Positions 16,622 to 24,789 of a stretch of 64,000 bases of DNA are shown here, one piece after another. The notes beneath the pieces were generated by a model. The model did no database searches and was not told the DNA's origin. It worked only from the letters and a program-made list of their open reading frames with translations. The translations under genes and the position numbers were made by a program. The stretch comes from a phage: sequence record PZ445487.1. The stretch is one strand, 5' to 3'. The number at the start of each line of letters is the position of its first letter. Within the stretch, counting starts at the first letter, position 1.

Positions 16622-19009
16622 ATGGCCATCCCATCTTTCTTGAACTTTCTTGAAGAGTCTAAACAATTAGACGAAGCGTTTAACTCATCCCCGTATGAAT
16701 TGACATTCGGCAAGAAGAACGCTGGTGACATTTTCTTCACATTTGTTGATGAAGACGAAAAAGAATTCCGTATTCAATTCTATACCCCACAAGGTCTAGG
16801 CAAGAATGTTCGCCAAGTCTTTATCGGTCAGAAGCGTGGTTCCACATATCCCGATGCCATCGGTCGTTTCAAGAATCCGATGCGTGTTATCGCATCCATG
16901 ATTGAAGCAACAAAGCAATTCATGGCGACGCCTTTGGGGAAAACCATTGACGGCTTTGCAATTAACTTCTCCAAGAAAGCATTGGAGCGTGGTGTTACCC
17001 TCCTGCCGAAGATTATCCGTCAGTCCGGCCTGAAGCAAAAGCTCAATGTCATGGACCTGACGTATACCCCTATCCCTGATCGTGCATTCGTATGGGTTGT
17101 GCGTAAAGGCAAGGATCCTGCTCAGGTATTCGATGGTCCGAAAATGAAAGGCGTGACTTGGGACGACCCAGACAAAGTCGGTGACGTTCCTGACCAGGCT
17201 GCTCGTGACGCCGCACTACAAGGTGACATGGATGATTTGAGCCAATCCATAAATGCCGATTCTCGCTGGATTCTGACCAAAGCTGATCATACTCAGCCTA
17301 TGCTGGTCTGGTCTGGTAAAGAACGTGGGCGGACTATTACCGCCAATATCGCACCTCACGCGAATGAACCTGGTGTGTATGCTGGTAGTATCATGAACGA
17401 GAAACGGATCCGCGCTCAATCCCCAGACGCTATTGTACGCCAACTGGGATTACCGCAGATCCCTGTGAATATTCTGAATGATTTCACCAAGCAGTCGTCC
17501 ATCTTCTGGAAAGAGATGACGGGGGATTCTGGAAAAATAGACATGCAGACTTTGCCAAAAACAGGATCTGTGGATGACTTACGAAATCAGGGTTATATTG
17601 CTCGCCTTCTGGGGATTGTAGACACATATGCTCCACAACAGGTCGGTATGTATGCAGGTGAGAAACTAACACGAATCGGCGCGGGCAAATATCGTACTTC
17701 GGGTGGTCTGGACATTCAGGTTTATTTCTGGGGAATTGTCAACGGAAAACTTTCTGTAGAAGTGGTTTCTGATTTATCTGGCAATGAACAGCTGATGCTG
17801 GAAGGCGACGTGAAAAACGCTGCTTTTGAAATCGTCAGTGCGATATCCCGTGCTGCTGATTCTCAGTTCAACGGTGAAGTGGAATGTCGTGTTGTTCCGA
17901 TCAACGGTGCCCCATACCCGATTCAAAAGGTTTCCCGTTCTCAGGGTTATTCTTATGTCGATTGTATTTCGTTTACTTTGAAGATCGCCGATGCATTGTT
18001 AAATCGATTTACTCTGGGTAAGGCAGTCAAACTCGATCTGATAAAAGAGTTCCCTCGAACGACGTTTATTGTTCGTTATGACTGGCGCAGCAAAGATACT
18101 CTGATGGTCCAGTCTTCTGATGGGAAGACTATCTTCGGCGAAATCAACACAAATTCCAGTGATAACGCTGTCATCACTGCGAACCTGAAAGCCCCAAGCA
18201 ATGCGAAGATATTTGGTGAAACCGTTCATGGGTTCTCTGTGGCTTGGGACTTCCAGTTCCCTGCGGGTAGCCAGCTGCAAGCCGCACGGTTCGTTACGAA
18301 CGTGACTTACGACTTCGATCGTAATAAGGCCAACATCACGACCATGCTGACAGAAAATGGCCGAAATGTAGTCAATAGCAGCGGATATGACATTCAGTTA
18401 TCTGTCAAGTCTGTGCAAGATGCATTGAATGAGACTTCACAACGCCTGAAAGACGCTGCGGCTCAATTGAGCCATCTTGGTTCATCAAACTATAACCCGA
18501 ACAAGCTGTTCCTGAATGATATCACCGTCAGTAAGTTTGGTGCAATTATGTTCCAAGACAAAGATCTGGCACAGTCCAAAAACCGCACGGCAGTCATTGA
18601 TGCTTTGGCTCGGGCGAAAGATCAGGTCGCTGGTGGTAAGAATGCAGGCGATCTGGCCACCTATGCCGGATCCATTCGTGATAGCGCTCCTAATGGACGA
18701 GATCTGGATTGGCAGGTATACACAGCCAGTAATGGTACAGTTCTGAATGTTGCCTGGGATATCACTTTCCGTCGCAATACGACCGAAGGAGCATATCGTG
18801 AATTCAAGGATCAGATCAACCGTGCCAACCAATACCTGCAAACGGTATACAACGACGCGAAATCTAAAGGCTATAATCCTACCGAGCCAAATCTCATGAC
18901 TCTTGAACGCGCTCGCCAATCCGACGAATGGGCTATGAGTAATGGTGATAGTGCATACAGTGAATATGAACAATCGCTGGGTGGTAATCTTCAGATTAGT
19001 CTGAAATAA
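16622..19009 (+). CDS. large hypothetical protein (shares domain with 19061-19606)
   Basis: ORF track, 795 aa; RBS AGGAGAA; internal motif SPDAIVRQLGLPQIPVNILNDF. Confidence 0.6.
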   Translation: MAIPSFLNFLEESKQLDEAFNSSPYELTFGKKNAGDIFFTFVDEDEKEFRIQFYTPQGLGKNVRQVFIGQKRGSTYPDAIGRFKNPMRVIASMIEATKQFMATPLGKTIDGFAINFSKKALERGVTLLPKIIRQSGLKQKLNVMDLTYTPIPDRAFVWVVRKGKDPAQVFDGPKMKGVTWDDPDKVGDVPDQAARDAALQGDMDDLSQSINADSRWILTKADHTQPMLVWSGKERGRTITANIAPHANEPGVYAGSIMNEKRIRAQSPDAIVRQLGLPQIPVNILNDFTKQSSIFWKEMTGDSGKIDMQTLPKTGSVDDLRNQGYIARLLGIVDTYAPQQVGMYAGEKLTRIGAGKYRTSGGLDIQVYFWGIVNGKLSVEVVSDLSGNEQLMLEGDVKNAAFEIVSAISRAADSQFNGEVECRVVPINGAPYPIQKVSRSQGYSYVDCISFTLKIADALLNRFTLGKAVKLDLIKEFPRTTFIVRYDWRSKDTLMVQSSDGKTIFGEINTNSSDNAVITANLKAPSNAKIFGETVHGFSVAWDFQFPAGSQLQAARFVTNVTYDFDRNKANITTMLTENGRNVVNSSGYDIQLSVKSVQDALNETSQRLKDAAAQLSHLGSSNYNPNKLFLNDITVSKFGAIMFQDKDLAQSKNRTAVIDALARAKDQVAGGKNAGDLATYAGSIRDSAPNGRDLDWQVYTASNGTVLNVAWDITFRRNTTEGAYREFKDQINRANQYLQTVYNDAKSKGYNPTEPNLMTLERARQSDEWAMSNGDSAYSEYEQSLGGNLQISLK

Positions 19010-19060
19010 GTCATAGCCCCTTCGGGGGCTAAATACATCAAAATCCTTAGGAGATCCACG

Positions 19061-19606
19061 ATGAAACCGTTTATCGAATATTTTAAAGAACAAGCTCAAC
19101 AACCGCAAACTCATGGCGGCATACAAGGCAAAAGTGTAACCATCACCAAACAGGCCGACGGAACCCAATGGTGTACTGGTGCCACCGTGACCCAGATCAC
19201 TCCAGATAATCAGGCCGACATCTATAATCTGGAATTGACTAATGGCAACACCATCAAAGTGAAGCTAACTCCAAACCAGACCCACGGCATTACCCAAGGC
19301 CAAGAAGTTGTTGCCGTCCATGATGGTTTTGAATTTTTCTTCGGCAAGTCAGCTGACAAAGGTCAGGTTACTGAAGCGGAAGGCTGGCGTTTCGTCGGTG
19401 ACCGTGGCGCTCATATTCTGATGTATGACGCAAAAGTTGGCGGTGCCTCCACTATCCTTCGCAGTCCAACAGATCGAACCAAATTTGTTGGTGGTCTCAT
19501 CAACGGTAGAAAAATTTTGGGTAATTCCCCAGAAGAACTGGCGGCAAAATTAGGTCTTCCAAAAATTCCTGATAATTTATTAAAATCGTTTTTTGGTAAA
19601 AAGTGA
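19061..19606 (+). CDS. hypothetical protein with C-terminal LGLPKIPDNLL motif
   Basis: ORF track; RBS TAGGAG; C-terminal ~70 aa alignable to residues ~225-295 of the 795-aa protein. Confidence 0.55.
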   Translation: MKPFIEYFKEQAQQPQTHGGIQGKSVTITKQADGTQWCTGATVTQITPDNQADIYNLELTNGNTIKVKLTPNQTHGITQGQEVVAVHDGFEFFFGKSADKGQVTEAEGWRFVGDRGAHILMYDAKVGGASTILRSPTDRTKFVGGLINGRKILGNSPEELAAKLGLPKIPDNLLKSFFGKK

Positions 19607-19618
19607 TTATAAAATACA

Positions 19619-19648
19619 ATCCCCCTAAATACAGGGGGATTTTCTTTT
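19619..19648 (+). terminator. rho-independent terminator
   Basis: Hairpin ATCCCCCT-AAATACA-GGGGGAT followed by TTTCTTTTT. Confidence 0.65.
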
Positions 19649-19662
19649 TAGGGGTAAATATC

Positions 19663-20016
19663 ATGGTCAATGCGAGTATATTCATCAACCGTGGACTGCT
19701 TGCTATAGCCCACTCCCATGCCCTCCACTTCGTTACAACGTCCTATGCCAAGCACAAGGCACTCGGGGAGTTCTACGGGGAACTGGAGGACTTGCTGGAT
19801 ACCTTCACAGAGGCATATATCGGCGCGGGTGGTGTATATGTCCCAGGGTTTGAGAATATTAAACTGTACAACCCAGATCCTATATCGTATGTCAACAGTG
19901 TCGTTATCGACGTAAACGGAATTTATGGTCAATGCGACAGCCATCTTCAAAATACGCTTGATGAAATCAAAACTTTGTGCTATCAAACGATTTACAAACT
20001 GAAGCAATTGTCCTAA
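19663..20016 (+). CDS. hypothetical protein
   Basis: Internal ATG of ORF 19603..20016 downstream of terminator 19619-19648. Confidence 0.45.
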   Translation: MVNASIFINRGLLAIAHSHALHFVTTSYAKHKALGEFYGELEDLLDTFTEAYIGAGGVYVPGFENIKLYNPDPISYVNSVVIDVNGIYGQCDSHLQNTLDEIKTLCYQTIYKLKQLS

Positions 20017-20079
20017 CTCAATAGGATCATCGTCAGGTTATAATTTTGCCCATTCGTCATCAATAGGATACAGATAACA

Positions 20080-20697
20080 ATGGGCAAAATCTTTATACCT
20101 TCTCACTCAGAAGGTTGTCAAATCGCTGCAAAATTTCTACACAAACAAATGAATTGTGGTGCTGTGTTCGTAGAACCAAATTCATTCGATAATCGTGAAT
20201 CCCCTGACGCCATCGGGTTCAGACCTGGGGGTTGTTCTATATTAATGGAAGTTAAAGTCTCCCGCGCCGACTTCCTGACAGACAAAAAGAAACCTCATCG
20301 CATGAATCCTTCCATAGGCATGGGAGCATATCGTTTCTATGTTTGCCCAGCAGATGTTATTAAAATTGAAGACCTCCCTCCCAAATGGGGTTTGTTGTAC
20401 TTCACCCCTAGAAAATCTTTGAAGCCCGTTCACGTTCCGAATATGCAATATTCCTCTTTGTCTTCACCGGAACATTATGCATCATATTTGTCTAAATCTT
20501 TGGGCAAAAGAAGTCCTACAGATATCCCTCCTTATCTATTAGGGTACAAACAGATGCTGGAAGAATTTGCCCACTTTGATCGCAATCAGGTTGCGGAACA
20601 AAATATTCTGTATGGGGCTTGGCGACAGCTTTGCATAGCTCAAAGTCGCGGGGTGGATTATAATGTGACAGAAGTGTTCCAGAGGCCAAATATCTAA
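20080..20697 (+). CDS. PD-(D/E)xK-fold nuclease-like protein (putative)
   Basis: Motif SPDAIGF...ILMEVKV consistent with PD...E.K restriction-endonuclease-like core. Confidence 0.4.
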   Translation: MGKIFIPSHSEGCQIAAKFLHKQMNCGAVFVEPNSFDNRESPDAIGFRPGGCSILMEVKVSRADFLTDKKKPHRMNPSIGMGAYRFYVCPADVIKIEDLPPKWGLLYFTPRKSLKPVHVPNMQYSSLSSPEHYASYLSKSLGKRSPTDIPPYLLGYKQMLEEFAHFDRNQVAEQNILYGAWRQLCIAQSRGVDYNVTEVFQRPNI

Positions 20698-21761
20698 TGA
20701 AATTCTTGGACGAACAATACATCAATTTTCTCGCCCCCCGACTTGATAAATTCAGTTGGGAACGTGTTGGCGCTGTCGCCAAATTTCGTTGCCCATTATG
20801 TGGGGATTCTAAGAAGAGTGCCAACAAGCGTCGTGGTCACTTCTTTTATGATCGTGATGACGATGTGTTTCGTTTCAAGTGCCACAACTGTAATGAAATG
20901 AGCGGTTGGGCGTTTGAATTCTGGTTGAAGAAGTTTGACGAGCGTCTGTATAATGAATACAACCTTGAAAAATTCAGAATCATGGGGGATACCAGTTCCC
21001 GCCCGTTACAAAAACTCAAACCACTACAGCGCCTGACCCAGACAGCACGTATCGGTTCTCAGGTCGCCAAACGGGATGAAGAGCACCTTGGGAATATGAT
21101 ACGCCTTGATCTTCTTGACCGTGATCATATCGCCCGTCGTTATGTTGAAGGCAGGGGAATGCCGGAGAGCACGTTATCTTTGTTGTATTACAGCAGGAAT
21201 TTTCGTCAAGATCTTCTGAGTTTCGAAACGGATGTTGAGAAGCAGAAGAAGATACCCGAAGATGAGCGGCTGGTAATCCCATTCTGGACCCAAGACGGGC
21301 GCATGAAGATAGTTCAGGGGCGCGCATTCGGCGATAACCTTCCTGATGGGGTATTACGGTATGCCACTGTCAAGCCTAAGAACGAAGATACTAAGATCTA
21401 CGGGGAAGAGCGCATCATTTGGAACAAAACAAAGTTGGTAGTAGAAGGTCCAATTGATAGCTTGTTTCTACCCAATTGTCTTGCGACTGCCGATGCCGAC
21501 TTATTAAGTGCTAAGGGAGACATCTATATCCCCGATAACCAATACAGGAACAAACAAGTTTGTGACGGTATACAGAAGATGATAGACAGCGGAGTCAAAG
21601 TCGTTCTGTTTCCACCGGAAATACCGTGGAAGGATATCAATGATATGGTTCGCCCCGACAAGGGAAATATCCCGATACGGGATCTGCTTCAGATCATAGC
21701 CAAGAACGTATATCAGGGACTGTCGGCGTCCTTACGATTTTCTGACTTGAGGAAGATATGA
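20697..21761 (+). CDS. 61: DNA primase gp61
   Basis: N-terminal zinc ribbon CPLCGDS...CHNC and overall similarity to T4 gp61 (LYNEY, VVEGPIDSLFL). Confidence 0.8.
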   Translation: MKFLDEQYINFLAPRLDKFSWERVGAVAKFRCPLCGDSKKSANKRRGHFFYDRDDDVFRFKCHNCNEMSGWAFEFWLKKFDERLYNEYNLEKFRIMGDTSSRPLQKLKPLQRLTQTARIGSQVAKRDEEHLGNMIRLDLLDRDHIARRYVEGRGMPESTLSLLYYSRNFRQDLLSFETDVEKQKKIPEDERLVIPFWTQDGRMKIVQGRAFGDNLPDGVLRYATVKPKNEDTKIYGEERIIWNKTKLVVEGPIDSLFLPNCLATADADLLSAKGDIYIPDNQYRNKQVCDGIQKMIDSGVKVVLFPPEIPWKDINDMVRPDKGNIPIRDLLQIIAKNVYQGLSASLRFSDLRKI

Positions 21762-21967
21762 TGGATTTGAAAGAACTGAATAGTATGGACGATGAAGAGA
21801 TTCTTCGCGGGTATATGCAAGCCCGTGAAGGATATGTCCTATCTGGTTTAGAATCTAAGAGTTTCATCCATGGTTGGAGGAACGGAATGGTGGACTTCGG
21901 CGGTTGTCCTATCACTGAAGAACAAATGAATTTGGCTCGCCAGTATTTGAAAAAGAAGCCGACCTAA
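21758..21967 (+). CDS. hypothetical protein
   Basis: ORF track; ATGA overlap with primase. Confidence 0.45.
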   Translation: MMDLKELNSMDDEEILRGYMQAREGYVLSGLESKSFIHGWRNGMVDFGGCPITEEQMNLARQYLKKKPT

Positions 21968-21995
21968 AACTTTTTAACTCAAAAACCTTCTCTCT

Positions 21996-22020
21996 AGGCC
22001 TCATTCTACGAGGCCTTTTA
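21996..22020 (+). terminator. rho-independent terminator
   Basis: Hairpin AGGCCTC-ATTCTAC-GAGGCCT followed by TTTT. Confidence 0.55.
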
Positions 22021-22060
22021 AAATACTTCAAAAATAATTTAAAAATTTATTGAAAAAGAC

Positions 22061-22089
22061 TTTACTCTTAAATAATCATGCACTATTAT
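22061..22089 (+). promoter_or_regulatory. early promoter (TTTACT-N17-TATTAT) with A/T-rich upstream region
   Basis: Hexamers at 22061-22066 and 22084-22089; A/T tract 22021-22060. Confidence 0.5.
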
Positions 22090-22142
22090 AGTTCACATAG
22101 GGCGGTACACAACACCCCGCCGAATGAAAAGTGAAACGACCC

Positions 22143-22169
22143 AACTACATTATGAGGAATTACATCATG
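22143..22169 (+). repeat. conserved early 5' leader motif (tandem variant)
   Basis: AACTACATTATG followed by AGGAATTACATCATG. Confidence 0.5.
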
Positions 22170-22655
22170 GCTACTACCAAAACTCTGATCACCAACGGCA
22201 CCATCTCTTTTGAACTGAACACCGAAGTTGCAAAAGTTGAAATGTTCCGCATCGCTCAGGCAGCTGGCTTCACTGGTGGCAAAACTTCCTTCATGAATCT
22301 GCTGAACGGCAAAGTGAAAGCGACCAACGGCTTCACCCTGGTAGAGCAGGTTGTCGTAGACAAAGCCGTGGTTGCCAAGACTGCTGACAAGGTTGGCATG
22401 CTGAAAGACCTGGGCCATGACATCCACGTTGTCGAAGCGAACACCGAAACTTACGGCACCATCGTAGTCGGTAAAGGTCGCATTCAGCTGAACCCGCTGA
22501 ACAACGGAACCTTCTCCGTGATGGTATTCCCGAAAAAGGGTTATGACAACAGCGATATCGTGAAAGCCGCTGGCGGTGAAGCGAAATCCCAGTATGTCAA
22601 AATGGGTAAACTGAGCGCCGACGCAGTAGAAACTCTGGTGAACAAACTGGCTTAA
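22167..22655 (+). CDS. hypothetical protein (probably abundantly expressed early protein)
   Basis: ATG after conserved leader; strongest-looking early promoter with A/T-rich upstream; codon choice biased to CTG/AAC/GGC. Confidence 0.55.
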   Translation: MATTKTLITNGTISFELNTEVAKVEMFRIAQAAGFTGGKTSFMNLLNGKVKATNGFTLVEQVVVDKAVVAKTADKVGMLKDLGHDIHVVEANTETYGTIVVGKGRIQLNPLNNGTFSVMVFPKKGYDNSDIVKAAGGEAKSQYVKMGKLSADAVETLVNKLA

Positions 22656-22659
22656 CCGC

Positions 22660-22681
22660 AAGGGGGAAACCTCCCCCTTTC
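22660..22681 (+). terminator. rho-independent terminator
   Basis: Hairpin AGGGGGA-AACC-TCCCCCT followed by TTT. Confidence 0.55.
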
Positions 22682-22705
22682 AAAGTTTTGGTAGGAGAAT
22701 GAGAC

Positions 22706-22894
22706 ATGAGTAGAGCAATTATCCAAGCCTCTCCTGGCGCTCTATGGGTTGCCGACCGAATTCCCAACGCGCACTTTCCTCAGTTCCAAGAGGAACTGGA
22801 ACAAGCGATGTTGAAAATATTTGAAAAATATGGGTATGATTCCGAAGTTAGGACTTCCTTCAAAGAAATCATGCCTATCGTCGTAGTCAGATAA
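22706..22894 (+). CDS. hypothetical protein
   Basis: ORF track; RBS GGAGAA. Confidence 0.4.
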   Translation: MSRAIIQASPGALWVADRIPNAHFPQFQEELEQAMLKIFEKYGYDSEVRTSFKEIMPIVVVR

Positions 22895-22963
22895 TCGACA
22901 CTAAATCCTCAAGTTCGACTTTCACTTTAAATACCTTCGCATACATTGCGGAGGTATTTTCTT

Positions 22964-23758
22964 ATGGCCATTCTAAAACTTGGCAACCGAGGTTCTGAAG
23001 TCAAAGCACTTCAACAAAGCCTCAACAAAATCGGTTTCTCTCTTACAGCCGATGGCATATTTGGTAAGGCAACAGAGAATGCCGTCAAATCCGTTCAGGC
23101 AGGTGCTGGATTGGTTATTGATGGTATTGCTGGGCCAAAGACCTTCTATGCTATCCGCAACGCTGGAGACGCTCACCAGGAACATCTGACCGAAGCGGAC
23201 TTGGTTGACGCAGCACGTGAACTTGGTGTTGAGCTGGCCAGTATGAAAGCGGTGAACCAGGTAGAATCCCGTGGTACGGGTTTTACCAAAACTGGCAAGA
23301 TCAAAACTCTGTTTGAGCGCCACATCATGTACAAAAAGGTGACGGCCAAATTCGGGCAAGCAAGAGCCAATGCTCTGTACCAACTCTACCCAACATTGGT
23401 TAACCCCAATTCTGGCGGGTATATCGGCGGAGACGCGGAGTTGGAACGCCTTCAGGGTGCAATCGCCCTTGACGAGGACTGCGCTTACGAGAGTGCTTCC
23501 TACGGCCTATTCCAGATCATGGGGTTCAACTGCCAAATCTGTGGCTATTCAAATGCCAAAGAGATGTTCACTGATTTCCTGACTGGTGAACGCGCTCATC
23601 TTCTGGCATTTGTCAAGTTCATCAAGGCTGATGCCAATATGTGGAAAGCCCTGAAGAACAAGAATTGGGCCGAGTTTGCTCGTCGGTACAATGGTCCGGC
23701 ATATGCGAAAAACCAGTATGATACTAAACTGGCGGCAGCATACAAGAGTTTCTGTTAA
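22964..23758 (+). CDS. endolysin: peptidoglycan-binding domain + N-acetylmuramidase-like domain
   Basis: N-terminal PG_binding-like repeat (GSEVKALQQSLNKIGF...DGIFGKAT); C-terminal muramidase-like region; RBS GCGGAGG. Confidence 0.65.
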   Translation: MAILKLGNRGSEVKALQQSLNKIGFSLTADGIFGKATENAVKSVQAGAGLVIDGIAGPKTFYAIRNAGDAHQEHLTEADLVDAARELGVELASMKAVNQVESRGTGFTKTGKIKTLFERHIMYKKVTAKFGQARANALYQLYPTLVNPNSGGYIGGDAELERLQGAIALDEDCAYESASYGLFQIMGFNCQICGYSNAKEMFTDFLTGERAHLLAFVKFIKADANMWKALKNKNWAEFARRYNGPAYAKNQYDTKLAAAYKSFC

Positions 23759-23764
23759 TTCTCA

Positions 23765-23788
23765 AGGCCGGAAACGGCCTTTTTCTTT
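23765..23788 (+). terminator. rho-independent terminator after endolysin gene
   Basis: Hairpin AGGCCG-GAAA-CGGCCT followed by TTTTCTTT. Confidence 0.65.
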
Positions 23789-23865
23789 ATCTGATATACA
23801 GGTATGCTGGGCGTGTCGCTTAATTAAAGGTGTCGACAACCCCTGTAGATATAGGAAGGTTCAAC

Positions 23866-24705
23866 ATGCAATCTGCGTCTAAAGTTGTATCCATGAAGCC
23901 AGCGAAGACAAAATCTGCTCGTAAGAAAGACACCATCCAGAAGGAAGAAGACTGGATGAAGTTTTCCAAAGGCGATTTCAAAATTGCTCCGTTCAATGGC
24001 CTCTCAGAAAATCAGAACCTCGCATATCAATCCGCACTCAATGAACATCTCACTATCGCTATCGGTCCGGCAGGTACAGGCAAATCCTATTGTGGTGCAT
24101 CTGCTGCAGCAAAACATCTGATTGACAAAACCATCAACAAGATTATCATCACGCGTTCTCCCCTTCCAACTGGCACCACAGCAGGGTTCCGGCCTGGTGA
24201 TACATATGAAAAGTTGATGCCTTATTTGATGCCGCTCATACAGACATTCAAAAAGGTTCTCAAAACAGATACGGGTTCCGACGGTTTCTTCAACTATCTG
24301 TGGGAGAAACGCATCATAGAAATTCAAGACCTTGAAACTGTAAAAGGGATGACTTTCGATGATTGTTTCCTGATTATCGAAGAGGCGCAGGAATGCGATA
24401 TGGAGCAGCTGAAGAACTTACTGACCCGTGCTTCAGATTCTTCGTACATCTTCGTGAATGGAGATATCAAACAGTCTAACAAGCGATTGCGTGATAGTGC
24501 GTTACAGACGTATGTGGATTCCTTTAAAGACTTCAACAATAAGCTGGAAACAGGTTCCTTGCAAATTGACGGTGTAGAAATCGGAGATGAATATCCAGAG
24601 TGGGTTCAACCATTCAGCATCATCGAATTCGATAAGTCTGATCGTAATGGTCGCGGCAACTTCACCCGCCTGATGTTAGAAATTAACGACCTGTACAACA
24701 TTTAA
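23866..24705 (+). CDS. phoH: PhoH-like ATPase
   Basis: Walker A GPAGTGKS; overall PhoH-like architecture; RBS AGGAAGG before internal ATG. Confidence 0.7.
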   Translation: MQSASKVVSMKPAKTKSARKKDTIQKEEDWMKFSKGDFKIAPFNGLSENQNLAYQSALNEHLTIAIGPAGTGKSYCGASAAAKHLIDKTINKIIITRSPLPTGTTAGFRPGDTYEKLMPYLMPLIQTFKKVLKTDTGSDGFFNYLWEKRIIEIQDLETVKGMTFDDCFLIIEEAQECDMEQLKNLLTRASDSSYIFVNGDIKQSNKRLRDSALQTYVDSFKDFNNKLETGSLQIDGVEIGDEYPEWVQPFSIIEFDKSDRNGRGNFTRLMLEINDLYNI

Positions 24706-24789
24706 ATACCACACGAACTTCCCCGTCGCCTTCAATCCATGGAGGCGACGTATAATAACAGCCTGCATAAACACAAACCGAGGATCGCT

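Noticed and set aside
19016-19031. Hairpin AGCCCC-TTCG-GGGGCT as terminator
   Set aside because: No T tract on either side; kept only as a possible RNA structural element, not annotated as terminator.
18485-19168. 227-aa minus-strand ORF
   Set aside because: Antisense to the 795-aa gene and spans the downstream intergenic hairpin; no start context.
22086-22661. 191-aa minus-strand ORF
   Set aside because: Entirely antisense to the well-supported plus-strand gene 22167-22655 (promoter, leader, terminator in plus orientation); no RBS; typical shadow ORF.
24739-24789. N-terminal extension of NrdA
   Set aside because: ATP-cone begins at MINIIKRDGS; internal ATG at 24790 has RBS GAGGA, the upstream ATG has none.
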